From assembly GCF_000315625.1 (NCBI RefSeq), contig NW_005434591.1, positions 307,895-371,894 of the forward strand: DNA of 64,000 nt, written 5' to 3'. Shown here in pieces: positions 53,479-64,000 of this stretch (position 1 is its first letter; each line of letters begins with the position of its first letter). Below the pieces are notes generated by a model that made no database searches, was not told where the DNA came from, and saw nothing but the letters and a program-made list of their open reading frames with translations. A program made the translations under genes and the position numbers. Origin of the DNA: Guillardia theta CCMP2712. Lineage: Eukaryota > Protista > Cryptophyta.

Positions 53479-56259
53479 ATGGATGGCAGCGACGTCGACT
53501 TCGAAGCAGATGCTGGTGAGCGATCAAGATAGAAGGAGGAGGAGGAGATGGAAGCAGCGGGGGGAGATGGAGGCAGGAGGAGGAGATGGAGGCAGGTGGA
53601 GGAGATGGCGGCAGGAGGAGATGGCGGGAGGAGGAGGAGAGGGAGGCAGGAGGAGATGGAGGAAGGAGGAGGAGGGAGAGGGAGGCGGGAGGAGGAGGAT
53701 ATGGCAGCAGGGGGGAGAGAGGCGGGAGGAGGCATGAGAGTGAGGCGGAGGAGGAGGATATGGCAGCAGGGGGGAGAGAGGCGGGAGGAGGCAGGAGATG
53801 GAGGCAGGAGAACGAGGAGATGCAGGCAGCAGGAATGGAGGCAGGAGGAGGAGGATATGGCAGCAGGAGGAGGAGAGGGAGGCAGGAGGAGGATATGGAG
53901 GCAAGAGCAGGATATGGAGGCAGGAGGAGGAAAAGGAGGCAGGAGGAGGAGGAAATGGAGGCAGGCAAGAGGTTGAGAGGGAGGCAGGAGGAAGAGGAGA
54001 TGGAGGCAGGAGGAAGAGGAGATGGAGGCAGGCAAGAGGTTGAGAGGGAGGCAGGAGGAGGAGGAGATGGAGGCAGGAGGAAGAGGAGATGGAGGCAGGA
54101 GGAGGATATGGAGGCAGGAGGAGGAGGAGAGGGAAGCAGGCAGGAGGAAATGGGGGCAGGAGGAGGAGGAGATTGAGGTTTTAAAGGAGCAGCAGCAAGA
54201 GAGAAACGGTGGGATAAGAAAATCTCGCGACTATTGCATTTGCCCTACCTTGGCATTTTTATCTCACGCTTCCTGAGAAATACGTCTTAGATCAATCATG
54301 GTGTTTGACATATGGAGTTGTATCTTCTTAGCTGATGATATTTAGGGTTTAGGATCATGAGTCTTACTTGCTGATAGGACCTGCTCACCAAGAAAGTGCG
54401 TCGAGCGGATCCAGTGTTGACTTCGAAGATGATTATGGCGATCAGCCTCATACAGGAGCTGTGCACCACAACGAAGACATGGTAGTTTTTCATTCTTCTC
54501 TCCCAGATGTCCAGCGTGGGTCTGACAGAGCTCACAGGGTGAGGGCTCCATCGGCAATGCTGTCAACGATTCTCTGCACTTAGACCGCATGGTTGCATGG
54601 ATAGCTTGCATTCAGATGGACCTGCAAGACGCATTGGAGGTTTGTTACAAGGCATCCAAACCTCTCTAGAATCTGACTGTTCTCCTCTATCAGGAGCACA
54701 AGAAGGAGGATCACAACGTGCGCGCACTGGTTCAGCAAATACAAGATCTTCGTGAGAATTTGGTTCCACGGCAAGTTCAAGCTTTAAACTGTTAATGCAA
54801 GGGGACGCCACAGTACGAGATTCATGGAGGCACCTTGAAACGAAGCAGAAGCATGCAGGTTTGTTTTCGAAGCATCATGCCAGCAAGCTTGTGAATGTTG
54901 CTCTGGGTCAGAGCGAATGGCAGAGCTCAATGAGAGGAAGAAATCCCTTCTAGAATTCAGGTAGGCGTCAACGACGCATGTCTAGATTTGATAGTTTTTC
55001 TAGAATGTTATCAGAACTTGTTCCCAAGAATTCTGACGTCGTTTCGTCAAGACAGAGCGGTATTTCACTTCTTTCTTTGTTGATGTTACTCCTGCCATGA
55101 TCATCCGTTGCTCAATCATTGGTTTAGTAGTCTAGATTCAGACTTACCATTTTAAGAACAACCCCCAACAAGACACATGCTTTGAACTGTGTTCTCATGA
55201 ATTTCATGTTGAACCTAATTCGTTTCCAGACACCATGTCAGGTGTGAGGCGAGACAGTGATTCGGTAGAATCACCTCAAGTAAGAATACCAATGTCCAGC
55301 ATTTCCGAGACTTTGGTGCTTTTGCTTAGAACCCTCTTCTCTATTACTGATTGTTTCATTCTTTCTGCAGACTGCGTATCTTCCAATATCAAGAGAATCG
55401 GTTTACGCCGCGTTTGCTGGAGTTGGATCAAGTGAAATGCGAGATTGATTTGAGGGACAAGGTTGACCTCACAATCAGGTTCCCCCATATCGAATCACAA
55501 CCAGGAAAACTTGGACTCAGAATCAACCGACAGCATCAGATCAAACAGGTTCAACCCTTTGTCACTACTATGAGTTAAAAACTGAATGACGATGGCAAGG
55601 TCTGTGAAACCAATCAGTTGGGCGAATGAGGAGACAGATAGAAGAAAGGTGAATGGTTTAGCAAGTCAAATACAATTTGAGATTGTTCACCTTTGTTAGC
55701 ATATCGACACGGTACTGAAGGGTGAGGAGATTGTAAAGGAAACCAAACCAGATATAGAGTTGGTGTACCCGGAAAAGATGGAACCCCTTGTTTCTCATGC
55801 TTCTGATCAGGTCACTTGATACTTTAGTTGGGCACAACTTAGGCTGCCAAACAGGTGGAAGACGGAGACAGAGGAAGCGAAGAAGAAATCTCGACTGACG
55901 AGGCACAATTCAGTGAAAGCAGCGAATCCATTGGGAGGACGAAGCACAACGATGTTCTAGAACGTTACAAGGAGCAAATCGCTCAACTTGTTACGGATGC
56001 CAAGTTCTTTCGAGAAGCAGGTTCCCTTTCAATCTCGTCGACCTTGATGGTTGACTATGTTGCAGGATGTGATGGCGAATCATTGCTCGACGAGCTCATG
56101 CAGCAATGCAGTTTTCTCCCGGATGAACAGGCAGTCAAAGTAGTTGTGATATTGTTTGTAACGCTCTTGCAGCATTCCGTCCGAATCGCACTGTCTGGCT
56201 TATTGTTTAGCCATGACAATGAGGAGTTACAGTCACAAGAGAAATCTCAGGACGAATAA
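53479..56259 (+). CDS. Multi-exon hypothetical protein, acidic/coiled coil; 3' end uncertain
   Basis: MDGSDVDFEADA followed by a GTGAG donor. Later exons include SGSSVDFEDDYGDQP and VEDGDRGSEEEISTDE... Confidence 0.45.
53530..54172. repeat. Degenerate GA-rich minisatellite (ggaggagatggaggcagg-type), intronic
   Basis: Directly visible repeated units. Confidence 0.9.
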
Positions 56260-56653
56260 AGTGGATCATGAGTCAGTCAAGTAAGATAGAAATGACATGG
56301 AATTTTGATGTTCATGGAAATTGTACGATTGACACACCTTGGTCACTCTCTGTTGACCTGTCGACATTAAATAAGAAGAGCAGCAAGGAACGTCTATCAG
56401 ATGTGTACCTTGTCGAATATCCTTGTCCTCCAACGTTGTCTCTCCTCGTCTTGCCGCCGATACTTACACATTCACTCTCTATCATTCGAACGATCCCCGT
56501 CACACTTGTTCTTGTTACGACCCTCTACACTTTCTCTTCTCTTTGTTTTCCTCCTTCTCTTCCTCACCTTCCATGCTCCTCGTCCTCTCTCCTCCACCAG
56601 CTCCTTCTCTTCCATGTACGCTTTCATCCTCCCCCTCACTTCCCTTCTTTGCA

Positions 56654-57037
56654 GATCCAGAGGTTGGAGTGCGGGAGCCGAGAGCGCAGCGAGGGTTCCA
56701 GGTGGAGGAGCATCAGCTTCTGAACATCTTGAGGCAGATGAGAGAGTACAAGAGCTTCGTGTACTACTTGTGCGAGCGAGACTCTGTCCGCAACCTCCTG
56801 CCGACCCTCCAGTCCAAGTTCGAGCTCGCGTCCAAGGCGCTGTCTCAGTTCCTGGAGCATCAGCGGAGGAACTTTCCTCGGCTTTACTTCGTGGAGGACA
56901 AGGACATTATTGAGATGCAGTACGCCTGCGTCAACAACCCCTCCTCCCTCCGCTACTACCTCCCGCTCATCTTTGAGGTGGCCGACCTGTCCTGGAGGGA
57001 GGAAAAGCCTTCTCAGGACGGGGAGGAGGAGAGAGGG
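56654..57037 (+). pseudogene. Isolated dynein heavy chain (N-terminal region 2-like) exon, truncated
   Basis: KALSQFLEHQRRNFPRLYFVEDKDIIEM matches the dynein L..KR..FPRFYFLSD..LLEI motif. Preceded by a pyrimidine tract and CAG acceptor. No motor-domain exons follow. Confidence 0.6.
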
Positions 57038-57400
57038 GACCCGCGCATGCAGCAGGTTCAGGTGCCGACAGGCGGGCCTGAGGCACCCGCAGGAAGGAAG
57101 GCAGTAGGGGGACCAGATCCGGCTCGTCCGCTTGATGGAGGGTATCATCCAGCCGACAGAACAGAGGAGGGGTCGAGAATGTCCAGGTCTGCTCACAGGG
57201 TAGAGGAGCGCTGCAATGTAAGAAGCTGGCCGTGGCGATGTAGTAGGCTGATACGCCATCCCCTCCTAGAGGTGTGAGTCCATCTCCTCCCTCCTGATAT
57301 ATAGGCGACGTCTGGCTCCCTGGCTTTTCCACACACACCGGGAATGAGCTGGTGCTGGACTTCACGGTGGTCTTCATGCCCACCATGGAGCTACGCTGAT
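57038..57400 (+). mobile_element. Possible relic of a non-LTR retrotransposon restriction-like endonuclease
   Basis: Stop-interrupted frame containing IGDVWLPGFSTHTGNELVLDFTVV, which resembles the GD...LDxTV core of RLE-type (CRE-like) elements. Confidence 0.35.
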
Positions 57401-57703
57401 AACGGAGTGGGATGGATGCGTGCAGGAGGCGGTATATGGGGACCCTAATTGCCATCATCTGCGTGCTCGTCTGTTTCGGCAGCGTCGAGCTCGCATGGGT
57501 CTTGCCGTCCTCCTGATCGCTGATCCTCGTTCCCCTGCTTGTCGTGGCCCATAGACTCGCTGGTGTGGTTGGAGTAGACTGAGGATTGCGCTGCCCGATC
57601 CCTTCTTGGGCGGACTCGGTGAGGCGGGTTTCGTTCGGTATCTCCCTCTAGCTTGCTCCTGTTTGTCCCTTCCACTTTTAAGTAAAACATCATTACCGCT
57701 GCC

Positions 57704-58858
57704 ATGGCCAAGAGAGCTCGAGAGCTGGTCGAGGAAGAGACGAATGCAGCTGTAGAAGAAGAGGCTAGGGGGGTGCAAACAAACGTCAACAAAGTAGATC
57801 AAGCCATCACTGATGTAGAGCAAGAGATCAAGGGAGTACAGGACGAGATCAAGGGAGTACAGGACGAGATCAAGGGAGTACAGGACGAGATCAAGGGAGT
57901 ACAGGACGAGATCAAGGGAGTAGTGGACGAGATCAAGGGAGTAGATCAAGTCATGGCGGATGTAGAGCAAGAGATTAGCCAGGCACAAGACCCCAATATG
58001 AAGGCTGACTTGATCATGAAACGAACGAAGCTTGAAGGTGAAAAGAATCGGCTTGCGGTCCGAGAGACACGTCTTCGAGATGACAAGAGACAGCTTCGGA
58101 ATGACAAGAGACAGCTTCGAGATAAAGAGGCAGGACTTCGAGATAAAGAGGCACGGCTTCGAGAGGAAACGAAGGAAAAGAAGCAGGCAGCCTTTACCTG
58201 GACAGAGTCAGAAGCTCGGCTTGACGGCATGGGCTTTTGCAAGGAGGACAAATACTTCCGTCTAGCTTGCTCTTACTTAAAGGGCACAAATGTAAACAGC
58301 GGAGAGCATCTTCTTCTTGTGATGATCATTATCCTGGGTGTGGTTCATGTGTACATGCACATGACGTCCAGTCCGGTGAAGAGTATCACGCCGTTGCAAG
58401 ACAACATCTGTCCCTTGCAGACGCGATACAATGATACTCTGTTGAGGCATTTTCCAGTGCCACCCAACATTACGGAGCCAGTCCAGCAGGAGCAAAAGCC
58501 GAGCCCCCAGAAGAACGATACCGTGCGGCCAACCCAGGATCAGAAGCAGCCAATCCAGGAGGAACAGAAGCCGCAGGCCCCCCCAAAGGAAGGGAATCAG
58601 TCTGAGACACGCCAGGAGGAGCAGAAGACTTCAACTGCAGATCACGAGAATGTGAACCAGAAAGAACAGAAATGGACTGTCTTCAGTTCGTTGCATCTTC
58701 CCCGCATCGACCTTGTTCGCCTGTCGGTCCCTGTCGGGACGCTTGCCATCGCAATCGCTTCTCGCGTCACCTACAACTCGATCATGCAGCGCCGTGCGTA
58801 CTACAAGAAGCTGAATGATGATTTAGATGCGATCATCAACAGAAAGCCGTTGTGGTAA
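57704..58858 (+). CDS. Intronless, apparently chimeric ORF: heptad-repeat coiled coil fused to a two-hydrophobic-segment, Q/P-rich protein
   Basis: 384-aa ORF with 21-nt repeats encoding EIKGVQD and LRDDKRQ/LRDKEAG. Abrupt change near 58318 to VMIIILGVVHVY...; AATAAA at 58879. Confidence 0.6.
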   Translation: MAKRARELVEEETNAAVEEEARGVQTNVNKVDQAITDVEQEIKGVQDEIKGVQDEIKGVQDEIKGVQDEIKGVVDEIKGVDQVMADVEQEISQAQDPNMKADLIMKRTKLEGEKNRLAVRETRLRDDKRQLRNDKRQLRDKEAGLRDKEARLREETKEKKQAAFTWTESEARLDGMGFCKEDKYFRLACSYLKGTNVNSGEHLLLVMIIILGVVHVYMHMTSSPVKSITPLQDNICPLQTRYNDTLLRHFPVPPNITEPVQQEQKPSPQKNDTVRPTQDQKQPIQEEQKPQAPPKEGNQSETRQEEQKTSTADHENVNQKEQKWTVFSSLHLPRIDLVRLSVPVGTLAIAIASRVTYNSIMQRRAYYKKLNDDLDAIINRKPLW

Positions 58859-58959
58859 ACCCGTTTTGCTAGTGTTGCAATAAAGTACGTTCAATATCTA
58901 CTCCCGGTGAGCGCGATGTATAAAGGGGTGGTTGGCTGGGCGGTGGGGTGTGGTGGGAT

Positions 58960-60640
58960 ATGGGGGGTGGGGCACGGTGGGCGCTTGCCGGCTCCTGCCT
59001 CCTGGCGTGGCTCGGGGGCGTGTCGGGGCAGGGCTTCATGCCGGTCCACGGGAGCATCAACGTGATGCCCACGGCTGCGCTGCACTCGGCATCGAGCGTG
59101 TCGTACGACTACGCCGCGCGGGTGTGGTCGATCCAGCTGACCTTCGACGCCGGGGTGGCAGGGGTGCCGTACGCGCCCTTCCTGCTCGACCAGCGGCGGG
59201 ACACGGGGCCGAGCCTCAACTTCCTCTCGGAGGTGGCGCCGTGGTGCGGGCTGGTGCGCTCCTACTGCTGCTTCGAGGACCTCCTCAACGGCACGCTCTA
59301 CTTCAACGACGCGCTGGCCTCCGCCGTCTCCGGGCTGGGCGCGTGCGCCTCGGCGCCGGGGGCGTGGGCCGCGGCGCTGGCCGACCCCTCGGCGTACGGC
59401 GGGGTCCGGCCCGCGGGCAACGTCACGTTCGACTTCGCGGGCAACACGCTGCGCATCCCGCACGAGCAGGCGCAGCTGTACGGGCGCGAGTACCTGGACC
59501 AGAACAACAACTACGTCGTGGACCTCCGCTTCCTCGCGGTGTTCCAGTCGGCGGCGGCGGGGGTGCTGGAGCTCGCATGGGTGCCGTACCAGGCCGTGCT
59601 GCTCCGCGACATCGACGGGCTCTTCGGGCGCTCGTACGAGGACGTGCGGCAGTGCGTGGCGGCGCCCTACCCGAGCCCGGCCGACTCCTTCTGGCTGGCG
59701 CGCTACGCCTCCCCCGCCTCGGCGGACAAGGTGTGCGAGTGGTACTGCAACCTGGGGCGCTACAGCTTCCCGCTCCACGCGGCGCAGGCGGAGAGGCTGG
59801 CCGCCCGCGCGGGGCATCGCCGTGGGGTACAGCCTGTGGCTGCTGATGAACACGACGGAGCTGTCGCGGGCGCTGGGAGCGGACGTCGTGCCGCGCAACC
59901 TGACGATGGAGTCGGCGCCGACGGTGCCGGCCTGGCTGGACTCGGTGGCGGCCAACATGAGCGCGGGCATCGCGGAGCAGGTGGCGAGCATCGCGGGGAG
60001 GGCGGTCGGGGTGCGGGCGCTGGCGGAGCTGCACAACACCCAGTACGCGCGGGAGTGGCGGGTCTACATGCACACGCTGAGGGCCGTGTACGAGCGGCTG
60101 AACCCCGGCAGCGCCGTGGCGGGGCTCGAGACCGTGTTCCTGCGGGAGAGCGCCTCGCAGCCGTACGCGTTCCCGCCCTGGCTGCAGCAGATGGGGGTGT
60201 TCGACCGGGAGGGCACGGTCGCGGTGGCGGACTACCCGGTCGCGAGGCGGTCGGGCCCGCGCGTGGGCCTGCAGCGGCGCGGCGGGCGGAGGCAGGCGCT
60301 GCCCGCGGCCCCCATCGACGCGGTGGCGATGGAGATGGTCGTCTTCCTCGACACGCAGGGGCTGACGGTGGGGGAGGTGGTCAACTCGATCTTCCAGGCG
60401 GGGGTGGCGATGGTGAACTCCACCTCGCTCCGGGGGCTGTGGGGGATGGACATCTTCGTGCGGGAGCTGACCGTGCGGGTGGAGCCCGTGGGGAGCCGGT
60501 TCCAGGGCGGCTTCCTGGTCTCCTTCCTCCTGCTCGGGGCCGCGGGGGCCGCGCTGGCGTGCCTGGGGTGCTACGCCCTGTCCGTCCCGCCCTACGAGCG
60601 CCTGCGCAGGGCTCCGGGCTCGTATGCAGACGCGGGTTGA
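58960..60640 (+). pseudogene. Intronless GC-rich type I membrane glycoprotein-like gene with one frameshift
   Basis: Signal peptide RWALAGSCLLAWLGGVSG, Cys-containing ectodomain and N-glycosylation sequons. The frame changes near 59790-59815 with no GT donor. C-terminal TM GFLVSFLLLGAAGAALACLGCYAL. Confidence 0.7.
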
Positions 60641-60700
60641 AATTCCGAGCGTATTTAGGGCGGGAGGCCGCGCCGCACCCCATGGTTGCTGGCGGCCGGT

Positions 60701-61105
60701 ATGTCGTACAGGCAGTCCTCGAAGCAGGTGGAGCGCCACAAGCACGTGGGCGAGCTGGACAACCTTCATCGCTTTGAGAGCGAGGCCATCGTGACGACCG
60801 TCAACGAGATCGCCGAGGGGGGGCTGAGGCCGCGGACGCAGCTGCTGGACGCCGCGGACTGCCACACGCTGGTGCGGGCCACGCTGACGCTGGGCGGGGT
60901 GGGCGGCGGCGGGGAGGATGGGGCGGGGACCGTGCTGGCCTCGGCGATGATGAAGGTGCCCGTGGGCGTGCCGAGCGGGGCGGACGCGGCGACCTCCGCG
61001 GCGCTGCTGTCGAAGATGCTCGGCCCCAACAGCGGCCTCTTCGCGGGGCACGAAGACGCGCGGACGGCGATGCTCCGGCACCTCCGCGGCCTGTTTAGGG
61101 TTTAG
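60701..61105 (+). pseudogene. Intronless GC-rich ORF running into telomeric repeats
   Basis: MSYRQSSKQVERHKH...AMLRHLRGL; the final codons and stop are supplied by the TTTAGGG array. Confidence 0.6.
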
Positions 61106-61149
61106 GGTTTAGGGTTTAGGGTTTAGGGTTTAGGGTTTAGGGTTTAGGG
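61094..61149 (+). repeat. Interstitial telomeric array (TTTAGGG)8
   Basis: Eight perfect Arabidopsis-type telomere units. Confidence 0.97.
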
Positions 61150-61189
61150 GGCCCCTGACAGAGGCAGGGGCCCCTGACAGAGGCATGCT

Positions 61190-62304
61190 GCTCTGCGGCG
61201 CGTAGGGAGAGCGCAAGAGGACCGGAGGAAGCTGCGAGCAAGAGGTTTGTATAGTTCAAACAGCTTTCTAAGCATGGTACTACAGTATGATGAGAGCGTT
61301 CGCAACCTGCTGTATCGGAGATCATGCCAATACACGCAGGGCGAGCGCTCTGGAGGCCACGTCGAAGAGGCCGCCGACCTCGTCGAGAGGGTGAAGAACT
61401 TCGCGAAGCGGTATCCTGGTAGTAGGACAGCTCATGCTTGCAGAGCTGAGGGGGGATGCACCCCCGACGCTATCGCTGAAGCCATCCGCTCAACATGTCG
61501 GCAGGCGAGACGCGACCTGTTTGAAGACTCTCTGAGGGAATGGAGCTCAGAGTCGAGAGCATGGTTTATACAACAGATGGAGGAGGCCAAGAAGCAGAAT
61601 GTCGAGACATACATCGGCACAGAAGGCACCGAGGGGACCTCCTTCATCTCCATGACTCTCCTGGGCATCTCCTCGATGTATGTTCGACAAGAAGACAAGT
61701 TGAAATCGAAGCTTATGGAGCTAGGTCTCATGGTAGACTCAGTCGATGGCACCTTACAGACCTGAGATAGCACGAGCAGACGACATCTCAGTCACCGTCT
61801 CCTTCCTTCGGAATGAAGCAGCCATGGAGCTATGGGAAGGCAGGAGAGAATACTGCATAGACGGCAGATCGTTCAGAGCCACAGAGGTGAGCATTGCACA
61901 TGACCGGTCCTTCAAGCTTCGAGCCAAGCGAGGACCTTGGGGCAAGGGAGGGAGCCTTGCCGAGCTATCACAGCTCTTAGCTCTTGGAGGAATGTCGACG
62001 GCCGACATAGCTCAGATCTATCGATTTCAGCTGCTCTCGCAATCTCTTGCAGCCGCAGAGGTACAACCACTTGCGGGCATGCTCGTGCAGGGTCCTGGGG
62101 GCAAGTACTGGCACTCTCCAGCAAAAAGAGCTGGAGTGGGTGCTCAGCTCGCCTTCGACGGCAAGTTGCGAGCAGACCTTGGCCTCGTTCAGAGAGAGCG
62201 AGGCGATGGAGGGGGTACATCTCACTCTCATCAGCGACGACGCCAAGCTCAGAGAGACGTTTGCAGTCGAGCTCACAGCCGACACCTTCGTTCCTAGTGG
62301 CTAA
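61190..62304 (+). pseudogene. Degenerate intronless ORF, possibly from a mobile element
   Basis: Overlapping ORFs 61247-61765, 61746-62297 and 62047-62304 read like one frameshifted protein; no splice signals or recognisable domain. Confidence 0.4.
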
Positions 62305-62771
62305 GTGACACAAAGGTTTTTCGGGTTTTTGCCGTTTTCTCACGGGCAAACCTTTAGAGGGCATTAAAAGGTGGGGTGGGGGTGTATGTGTACGGGTATA
62401 TTTGTATTACAAATGTACCGGTTCCAAGCTCATTCGGGGGGGTAGGGGTACTCGTCTGCCGAAAAAATGGCGCGCGGGCATCCTCCAGGAGGTGGGTGCA
62501 TAGCGTACTTGCCCGCCTTTGCCAGGATCCATTTGTCTTCACATGCACAGGACGTGATCATATTAGTGTAAATATGATTCAAAAAATCCATTTTCTTATC
62601 CTTTCCATCAGTTTTTGTCCAATGAACACGGTTTGTGAAATCGCCAACTCGTCTTCGATGCAACTGAAATGAACATTCTTGCACAGACAAGCAGGTAACA
62701 ACAGTCGAATATCGTTTAATGATATCAAAACTTATTTGATCATGCTTAAGATCTGTTAATTTGTTCTTCAA

Positions 62772-63060
62772 TTACGCAAAATTTTCCTTACAGCAATGTC
62801 GTGAAAAACAGTTCCTTTGCGTTCCAGGACCACACAATCCAAAAGGGCGCTTCAATGGATCGTTTTTGCTGCACTGGTAACAGCAAAAGGAAGTCTTGCA
62901 ACCATGTTTGTCCCTGCCACAGCATACCTTACACCTTACACGAGTTACTTTCGCTCATAGCGTTGTCGCTCTCAACTGACCCCTCTGGTTTCCAATAGTT
63001 TTCTGTGGGGGTATCCTTCCACATATGTGAATAGCAAATGGCAGTTGGGGTCTGGGGTGG
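62772..63060 (-). mobile_element. Relic C-terminal cysteine-rich domain of a piggyBac-like transposase
   Basis: Manual translation (not in the ORF track): RVRCKVCCGRDKHGCKTSFCCYQCSKNDPLKRPFGLCGPGTQRNCFSRHCCKENFA*, with an in-frame stop just upstream. Confidence 0.6.
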
Positions 63061-64000
63061 GTCAGACGGCTGGGAGCTGATTCAAATTGGTTGGGACCAG
63101 TTTAAGGGGGTAGGGTACTTCCTGGTAGCAAATAATTGTACCAACAGTACCATTTTTATGGTACACATAGAGTACTGTTAGGAAAACTTGTACCAAAATA
63201 GTTTATGCGGTACCTCCCCTGTTCAAACTATGATGCTTTGGACCCACCTGTTTCCCAGTGAAAGTCCCTTCTCCGATGGGGTCAAGTTTTGGACCCTACC
63301 CTGCCTCCGACCAACATAGACCACCCTTGTAGATCAGAGGGAGCTCTCAAGCCTTGCCCCTTCCCTTCCCTGGTTGCATATCCAAGGTTAGCAAGTGAAT
63401 GTTACGCAGACGTGACTCGTCTGCAGCAGGAGAGCTCAGACGAGGACAAGCAGAGGCAATCCTTGCAGAATCTGGTGTGAGCGCAGCAGTCTGAATACAT
63501 CTCTGTGATTGCAAACACATGTAAAGAGGGTTGATCATCATAGATTTTAGCAGCTTGAATAAGGAGTACTCTGCACGGACCGTCCGCTAGTGGCGCTGTA
63601 CGATGGATGACATTGACTCTCATGAGCAATAAGTAGGAAGTCATGAAGCATGTCACGGAGACAGCATGATCTATACTTATTTCATAGGAATCTGCTGCAA
63701 AGAGTCGGGCTTGAGGGCGTTCTGAGCAATATGCAAGAGTATTGCCAAGGCATGTAAAGAGTTTCAAGGAATACCAGTGCATTCATCAAATAGCAGTGAT
63801 GAGGTACCACATGAAGGCATGACTTGCAAATTGATTGCATGTCGTGTTCCATTTGATGACTTACAATCAAGACGCTTTTGAGCGACAAAACGATACCCCT
63901 TATAGCATTGTAAATCATATTTCATTTCCTTCACCTCGAGTCGAAGCAAGAAATTTTCAAGGTGCTGATATCTTTGTTTTGACTAGACTGACATGGTATC

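Noticed and set aside
53411-54276. Gly/Glu/Arg-rich ORFs in all frames
   Set aside because: This is an intronic GA-rich minisatellite.
54341-54353. TTTAGGGTTTAGG as a second interstitial telomere
   Set aside because: Fewer than two full units with no compositional break; may be chance.
59423-61081. 552-aa minus-strand ORF and other Arg/Pro-rich overlapping ORFs
   Set aside because: These are shadow frames of GC-rich DNA; the plus frames give signal peptide, TM and normal composition.
63289-64000. Gene at the right edge
   Set aside because: Only short ORFs without recognisable motifs; cannot be supported from this window.

Overview
Eukaryotic nuclear DNA with many short (~40-50 nt) spliceosomal introns, abundant purine/pyrimidine microsatellites and two assembly gaps. 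The style and the TTTAGGG repeat suggest a cryptophyte alga (Guillardia/Hanusia-like); this is inference. From 1 to ~56 kb the window is gene-dense. It holds cytosolic leucyl-tRNA synthetase, PCNA, IST1, PRMT1, an exostosin/GT47-like glycosyltransferase, a multi-PDZ pseudokinase, a duplicated thioredoxin-like/coiled-coil protein and two very large secreted proteins. The last ~7.5 kb is a mosaic of unrelated fragments: a truncated dynein heavy-chain exon, a probable retroelement endonuclease relic, a chimeric ORF, and a tightly packed, intronless, largely GC-rich virus-like cassette that breaks off directly into (TTTAGGG)8. A degenerate intronless ORF and a piggyBac-type Cys-rich transposase tail follow. 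Non-coding highlights are two islands built from tiny palindromes, strand-oriented GGGGTA-rich tracts upstream of gene starts, and an unusually long, structured PRMT1 intron. Exon boundaries were read by eye and are approximate; no database searches were run.
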